DNA from: Dissulfurispiraceae bacterium
Lineage (GTDB): Bacteria > Nitrospirota > Thermodesulfovibrionia > Thermodesulfovibrionales > Dissulfurispiraceae
Length of the DNA stretch: 60,786 nt
NCBI GenBank assembly: GCA_035319145.1
Contig: DATHDH010000094.1
Location: 1 to 60,786 of the forward strand
Direction: 5' to 3'
Position 1 is the first letter of the stretch, and each line of letters starts with the position of its first letter. The notes under the pieces were generated by a model, which worked only from the letters and a program-made list of their open reading frames with translations, was not told the origin of the DNA and did not search any database. A program made the position numbers and the translations under genes. Positions 30,100 to 38,319 of this stretch are shown in pieces.

Positions 30100-31218
30100 C
30101 TACTCTTCTTTTTCGGGTTCGGACGCTGCTGCTTCTGCATCTTTCCGGAGATTCTCATCAAAAGCCTTGTCGGCTTCTTCGAGCTTAATCTTGGAGTATT
30201 CGCTTTCACTGAGGATGTCGATGACCCATCCGGTGAGCTGCGTGGCCAGTTTTATGTTTTGCCCGCGCTTGCCGATCGCGAGTGCAAGCTGGGAATCAGC
30301 GGCAATGACCATCGCGGTTTTCTCGGAGTCTCCTTCATTAATGCCGACGCGGTCGACTGTAGCCGGCGTCAATGCGCGCGAAATGAGAATCCTGGGGTCT
30401 TCATGCCAGTGGATAATATCGATGCGCTCACCTCTCAGTTCGCGAACGATCGATTGTACTCGCGTACCTTTCATGCCGACACATGCCCCGACCGGGTCGA
30501 TAACCGAGTCCTTCGATATGACCGCAATTTTGGTTCTTTCGCCGGGTTCACGAGCGATCCCCTTGATGATGACGATACCGTCATGGATCTCCGGCACCTC
30601 CATTTTAAAGAGGCCGATAACGAAATTCGGATCGGTTCTCGAGAGGATCAGCACCGGACCTTTCGGTGTCTGGCGGACCTCGACCAGAAACGCCTTTACG
30701 ATATCACCCCGTTTCAGCATCTCGCTCGGGAGCGTGTCTCTCTGGTGGAGGACAGCTTCGGTCTTGCCGAGACCGACGAAATAGAGATTCTTCTCTTTGC
30801 GCAGGACCGTGCCGCTGACAATCTGGCCGACCTTGTCTTTGTATTCATCAAAGATGATATCCCGCTCCGCTTCGCGCACCTTTTGAAACAGGACCTGTTT
30901 GGCGGTCTGTGCAGCGATGCGGCCGAAATCCTGCATCTGAAGAGGGAAGATGACAGTGTCTCCCACCGCTTTGTCCGGGTATGCAGCAAGCGCGACCTCT
31001 TGATCGGCATCAGCCACCGTTTCGACAACCGCCTTCGTCTCGAATATCGAAATATTGCATGTCTTTGGATCGATCGTAAGATAAATGTTCTCACGATTCG
31101 AAAACTTCTTCCGGGCTGCGGACAAGAGGGCGCTCTCGAGCACTTTGACCAGTGCGTCTCGTGCAATTCCCTTTTCCCTGCTGATCTGATCTATGACGAG
31201 ACACAATTCTTTCGACAT
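30100..31218 (-). CDS. nusA: transcription termination/antitermination factor NusA (short form, no AR repeats)
   Basis: 372 aa with S1 and two KH domains (PVGACVGMKGTRVQSIVREL, LAIGKRGQNIKLATQLTGW). Confidence 0.95.
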   Translation of the reverse strand: MSKELCLVIDQISREKGIARDALVKVLESALLSAARKKFSNRENIYLTIDPKTCNISIFETKAVVETVADADQEVALAAYPDKAVGDTVIFPLQMQDFGRIAAQTAKQVLFQKVREAERDIIFDEYKDKVGQIVSGTVLRKEKNLYFVGLGKTEAVLHQRDTLPSEMLKRGDIVKAFLVEVRQTPKGPVLILSRTDPNFVIGLFKMEVPEIHDGIVIIKGIAREPGERTKIAVISKDSVIDPVGACVGMKGTRVQSIVRELRGERIDIIHWHEDPRILISRALTPATVDRVGINEGDSEKTAMVIAADSQLALAIGKRGQNIKLATQLTGWVIDILSESEYSKIKLEEADKAFDENLRKDAEAAASEPEKEE

Positions 31219-31232
31219 GTGCGCTCTCCGTT

Positions 31233-31748
31233 CTATTCGATTTCGAGTCGTGCCTTCGCGATGGTTTCGAGCGGAATGAATATGTCATCCGCCCCTTCTC
31301 CCCGCACTGCTTCGGCCCGTTTCGACACTTTTATCGGTTTTCCCGAAATCCGTTGTTCCGGCTTCAACCGCACCCACCCGTCGCCGACATCCGAAATCCG
31401 ACCGATGAAAAACGTCTGACGATCTATCTGCGACGAGGTCACGATTCTGACGAGTTTCCCGACGCTCCGCTCGAAGTCGCGCTGCGAAACCAGTGGCCGA
31501 TCCAGCCCCGGCGACGAAACCTCGAGCATATATGCCCCCGATATAGGGTCTTCCACATCGAGCAGTGCTTCAAGCGCGCGGCTCATTTTTTCGCAGTCGG
31601 CGATGGTGACCCCGCCTTCCTTATCTATCACAACACGCACAAGAGACCGTCGCGCACGACCGACAAAATCGGCGCTCACCAGCTCAAAGTGCAGATCTTC
31701 TGCTACCTGCACCGCAAGTTCGTAGACTCTGTGCTGGGTGTTTTCCAT
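31233..31748 (-). CDS. rimP: ribosome maturation factor RimP
   Basis: 171 aa, LEVSSPGLDRPL motif, immediately upstream of nusA. Confidence 0.9.
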   Translation of the reverse strand: MENTQHRVYELAVQVAEDLHFELVSADFVGRARRSLVRVVIDKEGGVTIADCEKMSRALEALLDVEDPISGAYMLEVSSPGLDRPLVSQRDFERSVGKLVRIVTSSQIDRQTFFIGRISDVGDGWVRLKPEQRISGKPIKVSKRAEAVRGEGADDIFIPLETIAKARLEIE

Positions 31749-31774
31749 GCTATGTTCCTGTCCCCTCTAAAACA

Positions 31775-31798
31775 AAAGAGTGGGAACGCCCACTCTTT
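31775..31798 (-). terminator. intrinsic-terminator-like hairpin in the rimP-nusA leader (possible attenuator)
   Basis: The minus strand reads AAAGAGTGGG-CGTT-CCCACTCTTT followed by TGTTTTAG. It lies 26 nt upstream of the rimP ATG. Confidence 0.4.
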
Positions 31799-31851
31799 CA
31801 ATTGGTACTGCCGTTCAGGTATTAATAATGGTTTAACTATACCAACGCGCC

Positions 31852-31896
31852 AAAAAAAAAGCAACACCATGAAGGCCTTGGCCTCCATGGTGTTGC
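31852..31896 (-). terminator. rho-independent terminator of the small repeat lipoprotein gene
   Basis: The minus strand reads GCAACACCATGGAGGCC-AA-GGCCTTCATGGTGTTGC (17-bp stem, 1 mismatch) followed by T9. Confidence 0.85.
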
Positions 31897-31903
31897 GCTG
31901 AAA

Positions 31904-32134
31904 CTACTTCTTCGGGGCCTCAGGAGCCTTCGGAGCTTCAGGAGCCTTCGGAGCTTCAGGAGCCTTCGGGGCTTCAGGAGCCTTCGGGGCCTCAGGAGCC
32001 TTCGGGGCTTCAGGAGCCTTCGGAGCTTCTGCCGGCTTCGGGGCTTCAGGGGCCTTCGGAGCCTGCTGCTGGCAGCCGAGCGTAAACGCCACGACGAGCA
32101 TGAGCGAAAGAACGAGTGCGAGAGCCTTCTTCAT
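31904..32134 (-). CDS. small lipoprotein with (APKAPE)n tandem repeats and C-terminal Lys-Lys
   Basis: MKKALALVLSLMLVVAFTLGC (signal peptide plus lipobox), then about 9 AP(K/E) hexapeptide units, ending APKK. It has a strong SD (GGAAGGAGGTGA), a promoter and a terminator. Confidence 0.8.
   Translation of the reverse strand: MKKALALVLSLMLVVAFTLGCQQQAPKAPEAPKPAEAPKAPEAPKAPEAPKAPEAPKAPEAPKAPEAPKAPEAPKK
31910..32063 (-). repeat. in-frame 18-nt (9-nt sub-period) tandem repeat encoding APKAPE units
   Basis: GCTTCAGGAGCCTTCGGA-type units are repeated about 8 times with few substitutions. Confidence 0.9.
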
Positions 32135-32195
32135 TGGTAAACGTCACCTCCTTCCAAATCAATATGCCAAAGATTGGGGGCAATGTCAGCATTAA

Positions 32196-32224
32196 TTATT
32201 AACATACGCGCCCTGTGTTGTCAA
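32196..32224 (-). promoter_or_regulatory. sigma70-type promoter of the repeat lipoprotein gene
   Basis: On the minus strand: TTGACA (32224..32219), 17-nt spacer, TAATAA (32201..32196). Confidence 0.5.
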
Positions 32225-32246
32225 GAATGAATGGCACACCAGCCAA

Positions 32247-33017
32247 CTATTTGCGCCGTTCAAAAGCCAACGCACCTATTATAACAAAAACGAAAGAGCA
32301 TATCACAAGCACGGAGAGGTCAAGCATCAGCGTAAAATCAAAAACCGTCGTATGCGGCTGACGAAACGACAGATGCTTGAGTGCATCGACTCCATACGTA
32401 AGGGGGTTCAGCTTCGAAAGCATCGCAACCGCGTCGGGAAGGAGGCGGACCGGATACATCGCCCCTGAGAGAAAGAACATTGGCATGACGATAAAGTTCA
32501 TGATGACGCTGAAGCTCTCAAAGCTTTCATAAAATGTGGCGATAAGAATGCCGAGCGATGAAAGGCAAAACGCCAGGAGTGCCGAAAGCAGCAAGATTCC
32601 CACGGCCTGACCGAGAGACAAGTCAAGGCCGATGAAGGGGTGAACGAGGAGAATAATCAATGCCTGCACTGTAGAAACCGCCGTGCCGCTCAGGGCCTTG
32701 CCGACAACGATGGCCGAGCGGGGCACCGGCGCGACCAGCATCTCTTTCATGAATCCGAACTCCTTGTCCCAGATGATCGAGATGGAAGAAAAGATTGAGC
32801 TGAAGAGGACCGTCATGCCGACGATGCCGGGAAATATGAATTGAATGTACGGCATTCCCATGTCGGATGAAACCATCCGTGTCATGCCGGATCCGACGAG
32901 AAAGAGCCAGAGCAGCGGACGAGCAATCATCGAGAGCAGCTTTCCGCGTTCGCGCACGAACTTGATAAGTTCTCGCATGACCACCACTGAAACCGCGCTG
33001 AAAAATGGTGTGATCAT
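32247..33017 (-). CDS. ABC-2 type transporter permease
   Basis: 256 aa with 6 TM helices in an ABC-2/DrrB-NodJ-like pattern. It sits 2 nt downstream of its ATPase gene. Confidence 0.85.
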   Translation of the reverse strand: MITPFFSAVSVVVMRELIKFVRERGKLLSMIARPLLWLFLVGSGMTRMVSSDMGMPYIQFIFPGIVGMTVLFSSIFSSISIIWDKEFGFMKEMLVAPVPRSAIVVGKALSGTAVSTVQALIILLVHPFIGLDLSLGQAVGILLLSALLAFCLSSLGILIATFYESFESFSVIMNFIVMPMFFLSGAMYPVRLLPDAVAMLSKLNPLTYGVDALKHLSFRQPHTTVFDFTLMLDLSVLVICSFVFVIIGALAFERRK

Positions 33018-33019
33018 AT

Positions 33020-34009
33020 TTACTTCCCCCGCTCGAAACGCTTGCGATAAGACCGCACCGCCTCGCGAACCGTGTCGCTTCCGGAAACTGGCTCCTCTCG
33101 CATGGCACGTCCGGTCAGCTTGAGAAAGACGTCATTGAGCGTCGGACGCTGCAAACGAACAGATACGACACTGTCTGCAAGGGCTCCGATGAGCTTGGGA
33201 ATACAAGCATCGCCGCGCGACGTTGAAATGAATATCTCCGCCTCACGCTCCTCTGCGTGCAGTTCAAGACTGTCGTGCAGCATCTGAATCGCGGCGGTAT
33301 TATTGGTGGTCTTGAGATAAATGACGTCACCCCCGACGAGTTTCTTGAGCTCGTCAGGGGTTCCCTCGGCTATTATCCGACCATGGTCGATAATTGCGAT
33401 GCGGTCACAGATTTCCGCTTCATCCAGGTAATGCGTCGTCATGAAAATGGTCACTCCACGCGTCTTCGGGAGCTGTCCGATAAATTCCCAGAGACTGCTC
33501 CTGCTCTGCGGATCGAGCCCGATGGTCGGTTCATCAAGAAAGAGCACTTTCGGCTGATGGACAATGGCGCGGGCAACTTCAAGCCGCCGCTTCATGCCGC
33601 CGGAAAAGCGTTTGACGGGGTCGTTGCGGCGATCGATTAGCCCTGCAAATACGAGGGCTTCTTCCACCCGAATCTTTCTTTCGTCTCGCGGAACCCTATA
33701 AAGCTTTGCATGAAACCATAGGTTTTCATAGGCCGACAGCTCCTTGTCGAGTGTATTGTCCTGAAACACGATGCCGATGCGTTCGCGTACTGAGGCGGCA
33801 TCGTGGACGCAGTCCTGGCCGTCGATGGATGCCCGCCCTTCAGTTGGCGCAAGAAGCGTGCAGAGTATGTTGATGGTGGTCGTTTTGCCGGCCCCGTTCG
33901 GCCCGAGGAAGCCGAAGATTGACTCGGCGTCAACCGAAAAAGAAACAGTATCGACTGCCTTGGTGCGGGCAAACGCCCTCGAAAGATTCTCAACGGATAT
34001 AATTGCCAT
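33020..34009 (-). CDS. ABC transporter ATP-binding protein (DrrA/ABC-2 subfamily)
   Basis: Walker A GPNGAGKTT, signature FSGGMKRRLEVARAI and Walker B LFLDEPTIGLD. Confidence 0.9.
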   Translation of the reverse strand: MAIISVENLSRAFARTKAVDTVSFSVDAESIFGFLGPNGAGKTTTINILCTLLAPTEGRASIDGQDCVHDAASVRERIGIVFQDNTLDKELSAYENLWFHAKLYRVPRDERKIRVEEALVFAGLIDRRNDPVKRFSGGMKRRLEVARAIVHQPKVLFLDEPTIGLDPQSRSSLWEFIGQLPKTRGVTIFMTTHYLDEAEICDRIAIIDHGRIIAEGTPDELKKLVGGDVIYLKTTNNTAAIQMLHDSLELHAEEREAEIFISTSRGDACIPKLIGALADSVVSVRLQRPTLNDVFLKLTGRAMREEPVSGSDTVREAVRSYRKRFERGK

Positions 34010-34180
34010 TTATTCATTATACCGGCCTGGATGCAGGAATAAAATATGATGCCGTCGCGTTGGCGGGATTTGTCGCTCCACGACAGGTCAAGCATTCCGG
34101 CCGACTGCCGTCTTGTTCAGGCTTGACGGAAGGAAGGGCGTCCCGCAAAGATAAAGACAGCGGTTCTTGAGGAGGTCGGC

Positions 34181-34723
34181 ATGAAGAAGGTTACGCGATA
34201 TTTTTTTGAAGGACTCCTTTTTCTCGTTCCCCTGGCAGCAACATTATATGTCTTATGGTTTGTTTTCACGAAAATAGACGGCCTCTTCCGGTTCAGCGTC
34301 CCCGGCCTGGGGGTCCTGGCGACACTCATCGTTATCACGTCGGTAGGGTTTATTGCCTCCAATTTCTTTACGCGCTGGATAGTGCTTGTCGTCGACAACC
34401 TTTTTAGGCGTCTTCCTCTGGTAAAAATGATCTATACCGCGCTGAAGGATCTTATTGCGGCATTTGTCGGTGAAAAAAAGAGCTTCAACCAACCGGTCGC
34501 CGTGGAATTGGTTCCGGGAAGCCAGGTCAAGGTCATCGGCTTCATCACCCAGAAGTCGCTTGAGGCCTTCGGGATGACGGAAGATGTTGCCGTTTATCTC
34601 CCTCAATCGTATAACTTCGCAGGGAATTTGATCGTAGTGCCCCGCAGTCGCGTGCAGGAGATTCCTGCCGAAAGCGGACAGGTTATGGCATTTCTCGTTT
34701 CCGGCGGAATTGCGGCGAAATAG
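34181..34723 (+). CDS. DUF502-family membrane protein
   Basis: 180 aa. MKKVTRYFFEGLLFLVPLAATLYVLWFVF, two TM helices and the LP..K.IY motif. SD GAGGAGG. Confidence 0.75.
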   Translation: MKKVTRYFFEGLLFLVPLAATLYVLWFVFTKIDGLFRFSVPGLGVLATLIVITSVGFIASNFFTRWIVLVVDNLFRRLPLVKMIYTALKDLIAAFVGEKKSFNQPVAVELVPGSQVKVIGFITQKSLEAFGMTEDVAVYLPQSYNFAGNLIVVPRSRVQEIPAESGQVMAFLVSGGIAAK

Positions 34724-35317
34724 GCAAGAGCACGCATGAAGTGCAACAAAAAGATGCTTAAAGCAAGCAAGCCTCTTTCCTGCTCGTAATCACAGGAATC
34801 TGCAAAAAAGTGCATCAGAACATGAATAGGAAAGAATCTAAAAAATACAGGGTATTAAACAATTTAATAGGCAGGTTAGAAAAACTTTGCAGCGTGTTTG
34901 CGCATTGCCTCAATTTGATGCAGTTCCCGTTCGGTGTTTCCTTGTCTTTTGCGGGGGCGCATGGTTTAATATGTATTAACTCGTTGCGGTCCTTTCAGGT
35001 CCTTCATGGAGTCGTCAAGAATATCAATAAGTTTAACGACAGGTATATATATTGCTATATAGATTTGTTGGTCTTAATGAGACCCGAAAGACAGGTTGTT
35101 ATAAAGACGGCATGGCGCCGTTCAATTTGCTCAGGTTATGAGAAAGGAGGCAGATCGACACTGAACGCTTGGTGATATATTGAGGCTCTGCTTCGTGGCG
35201 CCCTCCTTCGGAGGCCGTGAACACGGCCGGAAGAGGGTCATAGAGTCTTCAGCCCTAAGAAAAACAGGGTTGCAATAAATGCTGCAGTGACTCGGGGAAG
35301 GTCATTGCAGTGGAAAA

Positions 35318-35332
35318 TGGCACGTGCGTTGT
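35318..35332 (+). promoter_or_regulatory. sigma54-like -24/-12 element upstream of hoxE
   Basis: TGGCAC-GTGCG-TTGT versus consensus TGGCAC-N5-TTGC(A/T). The -12 GC is GT here. It lies about 55 nt upstream of the hoxE ATG. Confidence 0.3.
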
Positions 35333-35387
35333 CAGCAGAAGCCCGCAACGCAGCTATTATTCATTTTGAGAGAGGAGAACACAGGGT

Positions 35388-35918
35388 ATGGAAACCAACA
35401 TTGCATCCTCTACCGCGCCTTCGCAGAGTGCGGTGAAGGAGGCAGGCAAGCCTGCTGAGGACGGTCGCTGGAAAGTAGTCAACAGGACTATGCGGCTAAA
35501 CGGTTATTCGCAGCATGCGCTCATCGAGACGCTCCATTCTGTCCAGGAGGCGTTCGGTTACCTCGACATGGGGGCGCTCAAGTATGTTGCCGAGCAGCTC
35601 AAATTGCCGTTGAGCCTCGTGTATGGAGTGGCGACGTTTTATCATTTCTTTAGCCTCAAACCCGCCGGTGAACACACCTGCGTTGTTTGTACCGGAACCG
35701 CCTGCTACATCGCAGGAGTCCCGACCATCATTGAAGGAATCCAGAAAAAATACGAAGTTGGCCCCGGCGAAACCACGAGCGACGGCAAGATATCGATATT
35801 GACTGCGCGCTGTCTCGGTTCCTGCGGTCTGGCCCCTGCCGTTGTTTTTGACGGAGAAGTCGCCGGCAAGTTGTCCGCAGAAGCCGTGCTCGAAAAATTA
35901 GGGAGGTGGGTTGCGTAA
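35388..35918 (+). CDS. hoxE: NAD-linked [NiFe]-hydrogenase diaphorase subunit HoxE (NuoE-like, 2Fe-2S)
   Basis: NuoE-type thioredoxin-like fold with the Cys pattern CVVCTGTACY...CLGSCGLAP. Confidence 0.85.
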   Translation: METNIASSTAPSQSAVKEAGKPAEDGRWKVVNRTMRLNGYSQHALIETLHSVQEAFGYLDMGALKYVAEQLKLPLSLVYGVATFYHFFSLKPAGEHTCVVCTGTACYIAGVPTIIEGIQKKYEVGPGETTSDGKISILTARCLGSCGLAPAVVFDGEVAGKLSAEAVLEKLGRWVA

Positions 35919-37552
35919 TGAATCTCGACGATCTACTCGAAATAACGAAGGCGGAAGAAGAACGGACCTCCCAGTTCAAACATCGTGTTCTGATCTGTGT
36001 GGCGGCGGGTTGTGTCTCATGCCAGAGCCTTCTCGTCAAGGATGCACTCCTGAAGGAAGTAAAGGAGCGCGGGCTTGAAGATCAGGTTCAGATAAAGGGC
36101 GTCGGCTGTCTTGGCCTCTGTACGGTCGGCCCGCTTATGATTGTTGAACCGGCCGGTATCATGTACCAGGCTGTCAAACCTGAAGATGCCAAAGAAATTC
36201 TCGATTCGCTCGGCAAGAAGCCGGTGAAGCGGCTCGAGTGTGACGGGAATGCTCCCTTTTTCAAACGGCAGCAGAAGATTGTCCTTGAAAACTGCGGCAA
36301 AATCGATCCCGAGCGCATTGAGGAGTATATCGCTGCAGGCGGGTATCAGGCCCTGTATAAAGTGCTGCGCGATATGGCGCCGAACAGAGTTATCGACGAA
36401 ATTACGAAGAGCGGCCTCCGCGGCCGGGGCGGCGGCGGATTCCCCACCGGCCTGAAGTGGCAGGCCGTTGCGAAGGCATCGAGTAATACTAAATATGTTA
36501 TCTGTAACGCCGACGAAGGAGACCCTGGAGCGTTCATGGACAGAAGCGTTCTGGAGAGCGATCCGCATCGTGTTATCGAGGGCATGGCGATCGCCGGATT
36601 TGCCGTCGGTGCGCAGAGTGCCTATATTTATATCCGTGCGGAATATCCGCTCGCGATCAAGCGCCTGAAAATAGCCATTCAGCAGGCAGAGAGAAACGGC
36701 CTGCTCGGCAACCAGATCTTCAATACACCGTTTAATTTTTCGATCAAGCTTCGTCTCGGCGCCGGTGCATTTGTCTGCGGCGAAGAGACTGCGCTTATCG
36801 CGTCGATTGAAGGACGTCGCGGCATGCCGCGTCCACGTCCGCCGTTCCCGGCGGAATTCGGCCTCTGGGGCTATCCGACGCTTATCAACAATGTCGAGAC
36901 CTTTGCGAACGTCCCGCCCATTATTGCCAAAGGCGGCGATTGGTATGCCGGCATCGGAACGGAAAAGAGCAAAGGCACCAAGGTCTTTGCCATAGCCGGG
37001 CGCGTCGTCAATACCGGTCTGATAGAAGTCCCGATGGGTTCAAAGCTGCGCGATCTCGTGTTCGATATCGGAGGCGGCATCCCGGGTGGCAAGAAGTTCA
37101 AGGCGGTCCAGACGGGCGGGCCGTCAGGCGGTTGTATCCCGGCCGAACATCTTGACATGTCGCTTGACTATGAATCTCTGGCAAGTATCGGATCGATTAT
37201 GGGATCGGGCGGTATGATTGTCATGGATGAAACGTCCTGCATGGTCGATGTTGCGAAGTTTTTCATTGAATTTACCATGAGCGAATCATGCGGGAAATGT
37301 ATTCCCTGCCGCGTCGGCACATCGCAGATTTACAATCTGCTCTGCAAGATTACCGAGGGCAGGGGAGAGGTCGGCGACATCGATCAACTCGAAGAGTTGT
37401 GCGATCTCGTCAAGAATACTAGTCTGTGCGGCCTCGGAATGACGGCGCCGAACCCGGTGTTGAGCACCCTGCGGTATTTCCGTCATGAGTATATGGAGCA
37501 TATCAGCAAGAAGACATGCTCTGCCGGTGTATGCCGCATGAAGAACAACTAA
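35918..37552 (+). CDS. hoxF: diaphorase subunit HoxF (NuoF-like; NAD/FMN/4Fe-4S, with N-terminal 2Fe-2S thioredoxin-like domain)
   Basis: GLRGRGGGGFPTGLKW (FMN site), CNADEGDPGAF and ESCGKCIPCR (N3 cluster). ATG 35918 overlaps the hoxE TAA (TAATG), and GGGAGG lies upstream. Confidence 0.9.
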   Translation: MNLDDLLEITKAEEERTSQFKHRVLICVAAGCVSCQSLLVKDALLKEVKERGLEDQVQIKGVGCLGLCTVGPLMIVEPAGIMYQAVKPEDAKEILDSLGKKPVKRLECDGNAPFFKRQQKIVLENCGKIDPERIEEYIAAGGYQALYKVLRDMAPNRVIDEITKSGLRGRGGGGFPTGLKWQAVAKASSNTKYVICNADEGDPGAFMDRSVLESDPHRVIEGMAIAGFAVGAQSAYIYIRAEYPLAIKRLKIAIQQAERNGLLGNQIFNTPFNFSIKLRLGAGAFVCGEETALIASIEGRRGMPRPRPPFPAEFGLWGYPTLINNVETFANVPPIIAKGGDWYAGIGTEKSKGTKVFAIAGRVVNTGLIEVPMGSKLRDLVFDIGGGIPGGKKFKAVQTGGPSGGCIPAEHLDMSLDYESLASIGSIMGSGGMIVMDETSCMVDVAKFFIEFTMSESCGKCIPCRVGTSQIYNLLCKITEGRGEVGDIDQLEELCDLVKNTSLCGLGMTAPNPVLSTLRYFRHEYMEHISKKTCSAGVCRMKNN

Positions 37553-37567
37553 GGAGGTTTATCGTCC

Positions 37568-38317
37568 ATGAGTCCATACAAGAAAACAGCATTTGAGCGG
37601 GACCTGAATCCCACGAAGGTCCTGACGTTCAAGATTGACGGCAAGGACGTGACCGCCCGCGAGGACGAGACGATCCTGACTGTTGCGCGCCAGAGCGGCA
37701 TCAATATTCCGACCCTCTGCCATCTCTCGGGTTTGTCGGAGCGCGGCGCCTGTCGCATATGTATCGTCGAAGTCAAAGGAATGCCGAGGCTTCTGCCCTC
37801 GTGTTCGACCTATCCGCGTCAGGACTGGGAGGTCACGACCAACTCGCCGCGCGTTGTCGATTACCGCGGGAAGATCCTCGAACTGCTTTTCAGCGAGCGC
37901 AACCATGTCTGCTCGGTCTGCGTTTCAAACGGTCATTGCGAGCTGCAGAACCTGGCGCTTGAGCATGGCATCACGCACGTCCATTATGAGTACCGCTATC
38001 CGCGCCAGCGGATAGATGCAACGCACCAACGCTTCTCTATCGACCATAACAGATGCGTTCTCTGCACGCGGTGTATCAGGGTGTGCGATGAGATCGAAGG
38101 CTCACATACCAAAGATCTTATGGGTCGCGGCGTTACGACATATGTGACGTCCGACCTGAATCAGCCATGGGGCGAGTCCGAGACCTGTACCGGCTGCGGC
38201 AAATGCGTCCATGTCTGCCCGACGGGCGCACTCTCCGAGAAGGGGAAATCTGTTGCCGAAATGGTCAAACGCCGGCAGTTCCTGCCCTACCTCCAGCTCA
38301 TGCGGGGGAGGGAATAG
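37568..38317 (+). CDS. hoxU: diaphorase subunit HoxU (NuoG N-terminal-like, 2Fe-2S plus 4Fe-4S)
   Basis: CHLSGLSERGACRIC, CSVCVSNGHCELQ, CVLCTRCIRVC and CTGCGKCVHVCP cluster motifs. Confidence 0.9.
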   Translation: MSPYKKTAFERDLNPTKVLTFKIDGKDVTAREDETILTVARQSGINIPTLCHLSGLSERGACRICIVEVKGMPRLLPSCSTYPRQDWEVTTNSPRVVDYRGKILELLFSERNHVCSVCVSNGHCELQNLALEHGITHVHYEYRYPRQRIDATHQRFSIDHNRCVLCTRCIRVCDEIEGSHTKDLMGRGVTTYVTSDLNQPWGESETCTGCGKCVHVCPTGALSEKGKSVAEMVKRRQFLPYLQLMRGRE

Positions 38318-38319
38318 CA

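Noticed and set aside
30097-31419. A 440-aa plus-strand ORF.
   Set aside because: It is antisense to nusA and rimP, both clearly real. It has no motifs and a shadow-frame composition.
31910-32063. Regular short repeats that could be taken for a CRISPR array or minisatellite.
   Set aside because: The units are contiguous 18-nt (9-nt sub-period) repeats with no spacers. They lie in frame inside a signal-peptide/lipobox ORF and encode APKAPE, so this is a coding tandem repeat.
34010-34180. The strand-switch point considered as a possible replication origin.
   Set aside because: I saw no dnaA or dnaN nearby, no DnaA-box-like TTATCCACA repeats and no AT-rich unwinding element in these 171 nt. 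Gene orientation to the right is mixed.
34810-35175. A 121-aa plus-strand ORF in the long hox upstream region.
   Set aside because: It lies in AT-rich sequence with no SD. The peptide is implausible (Cys/Asn/Ile-rich, no domain) and the ORF crosses the shift from AT-rich to GC-rich sequence. It is treated as non-coding regulatory DNA.
38167-38319. The long N-terminal extension of the hoxY ORF in the ORF track (start 38167).
   Set aside because: It overlaps the 3' end of hoxU in another frame. ATG 38320 has a strong SD (GGGGGAGGGA) and sits 2 nt after the hoxU stop.
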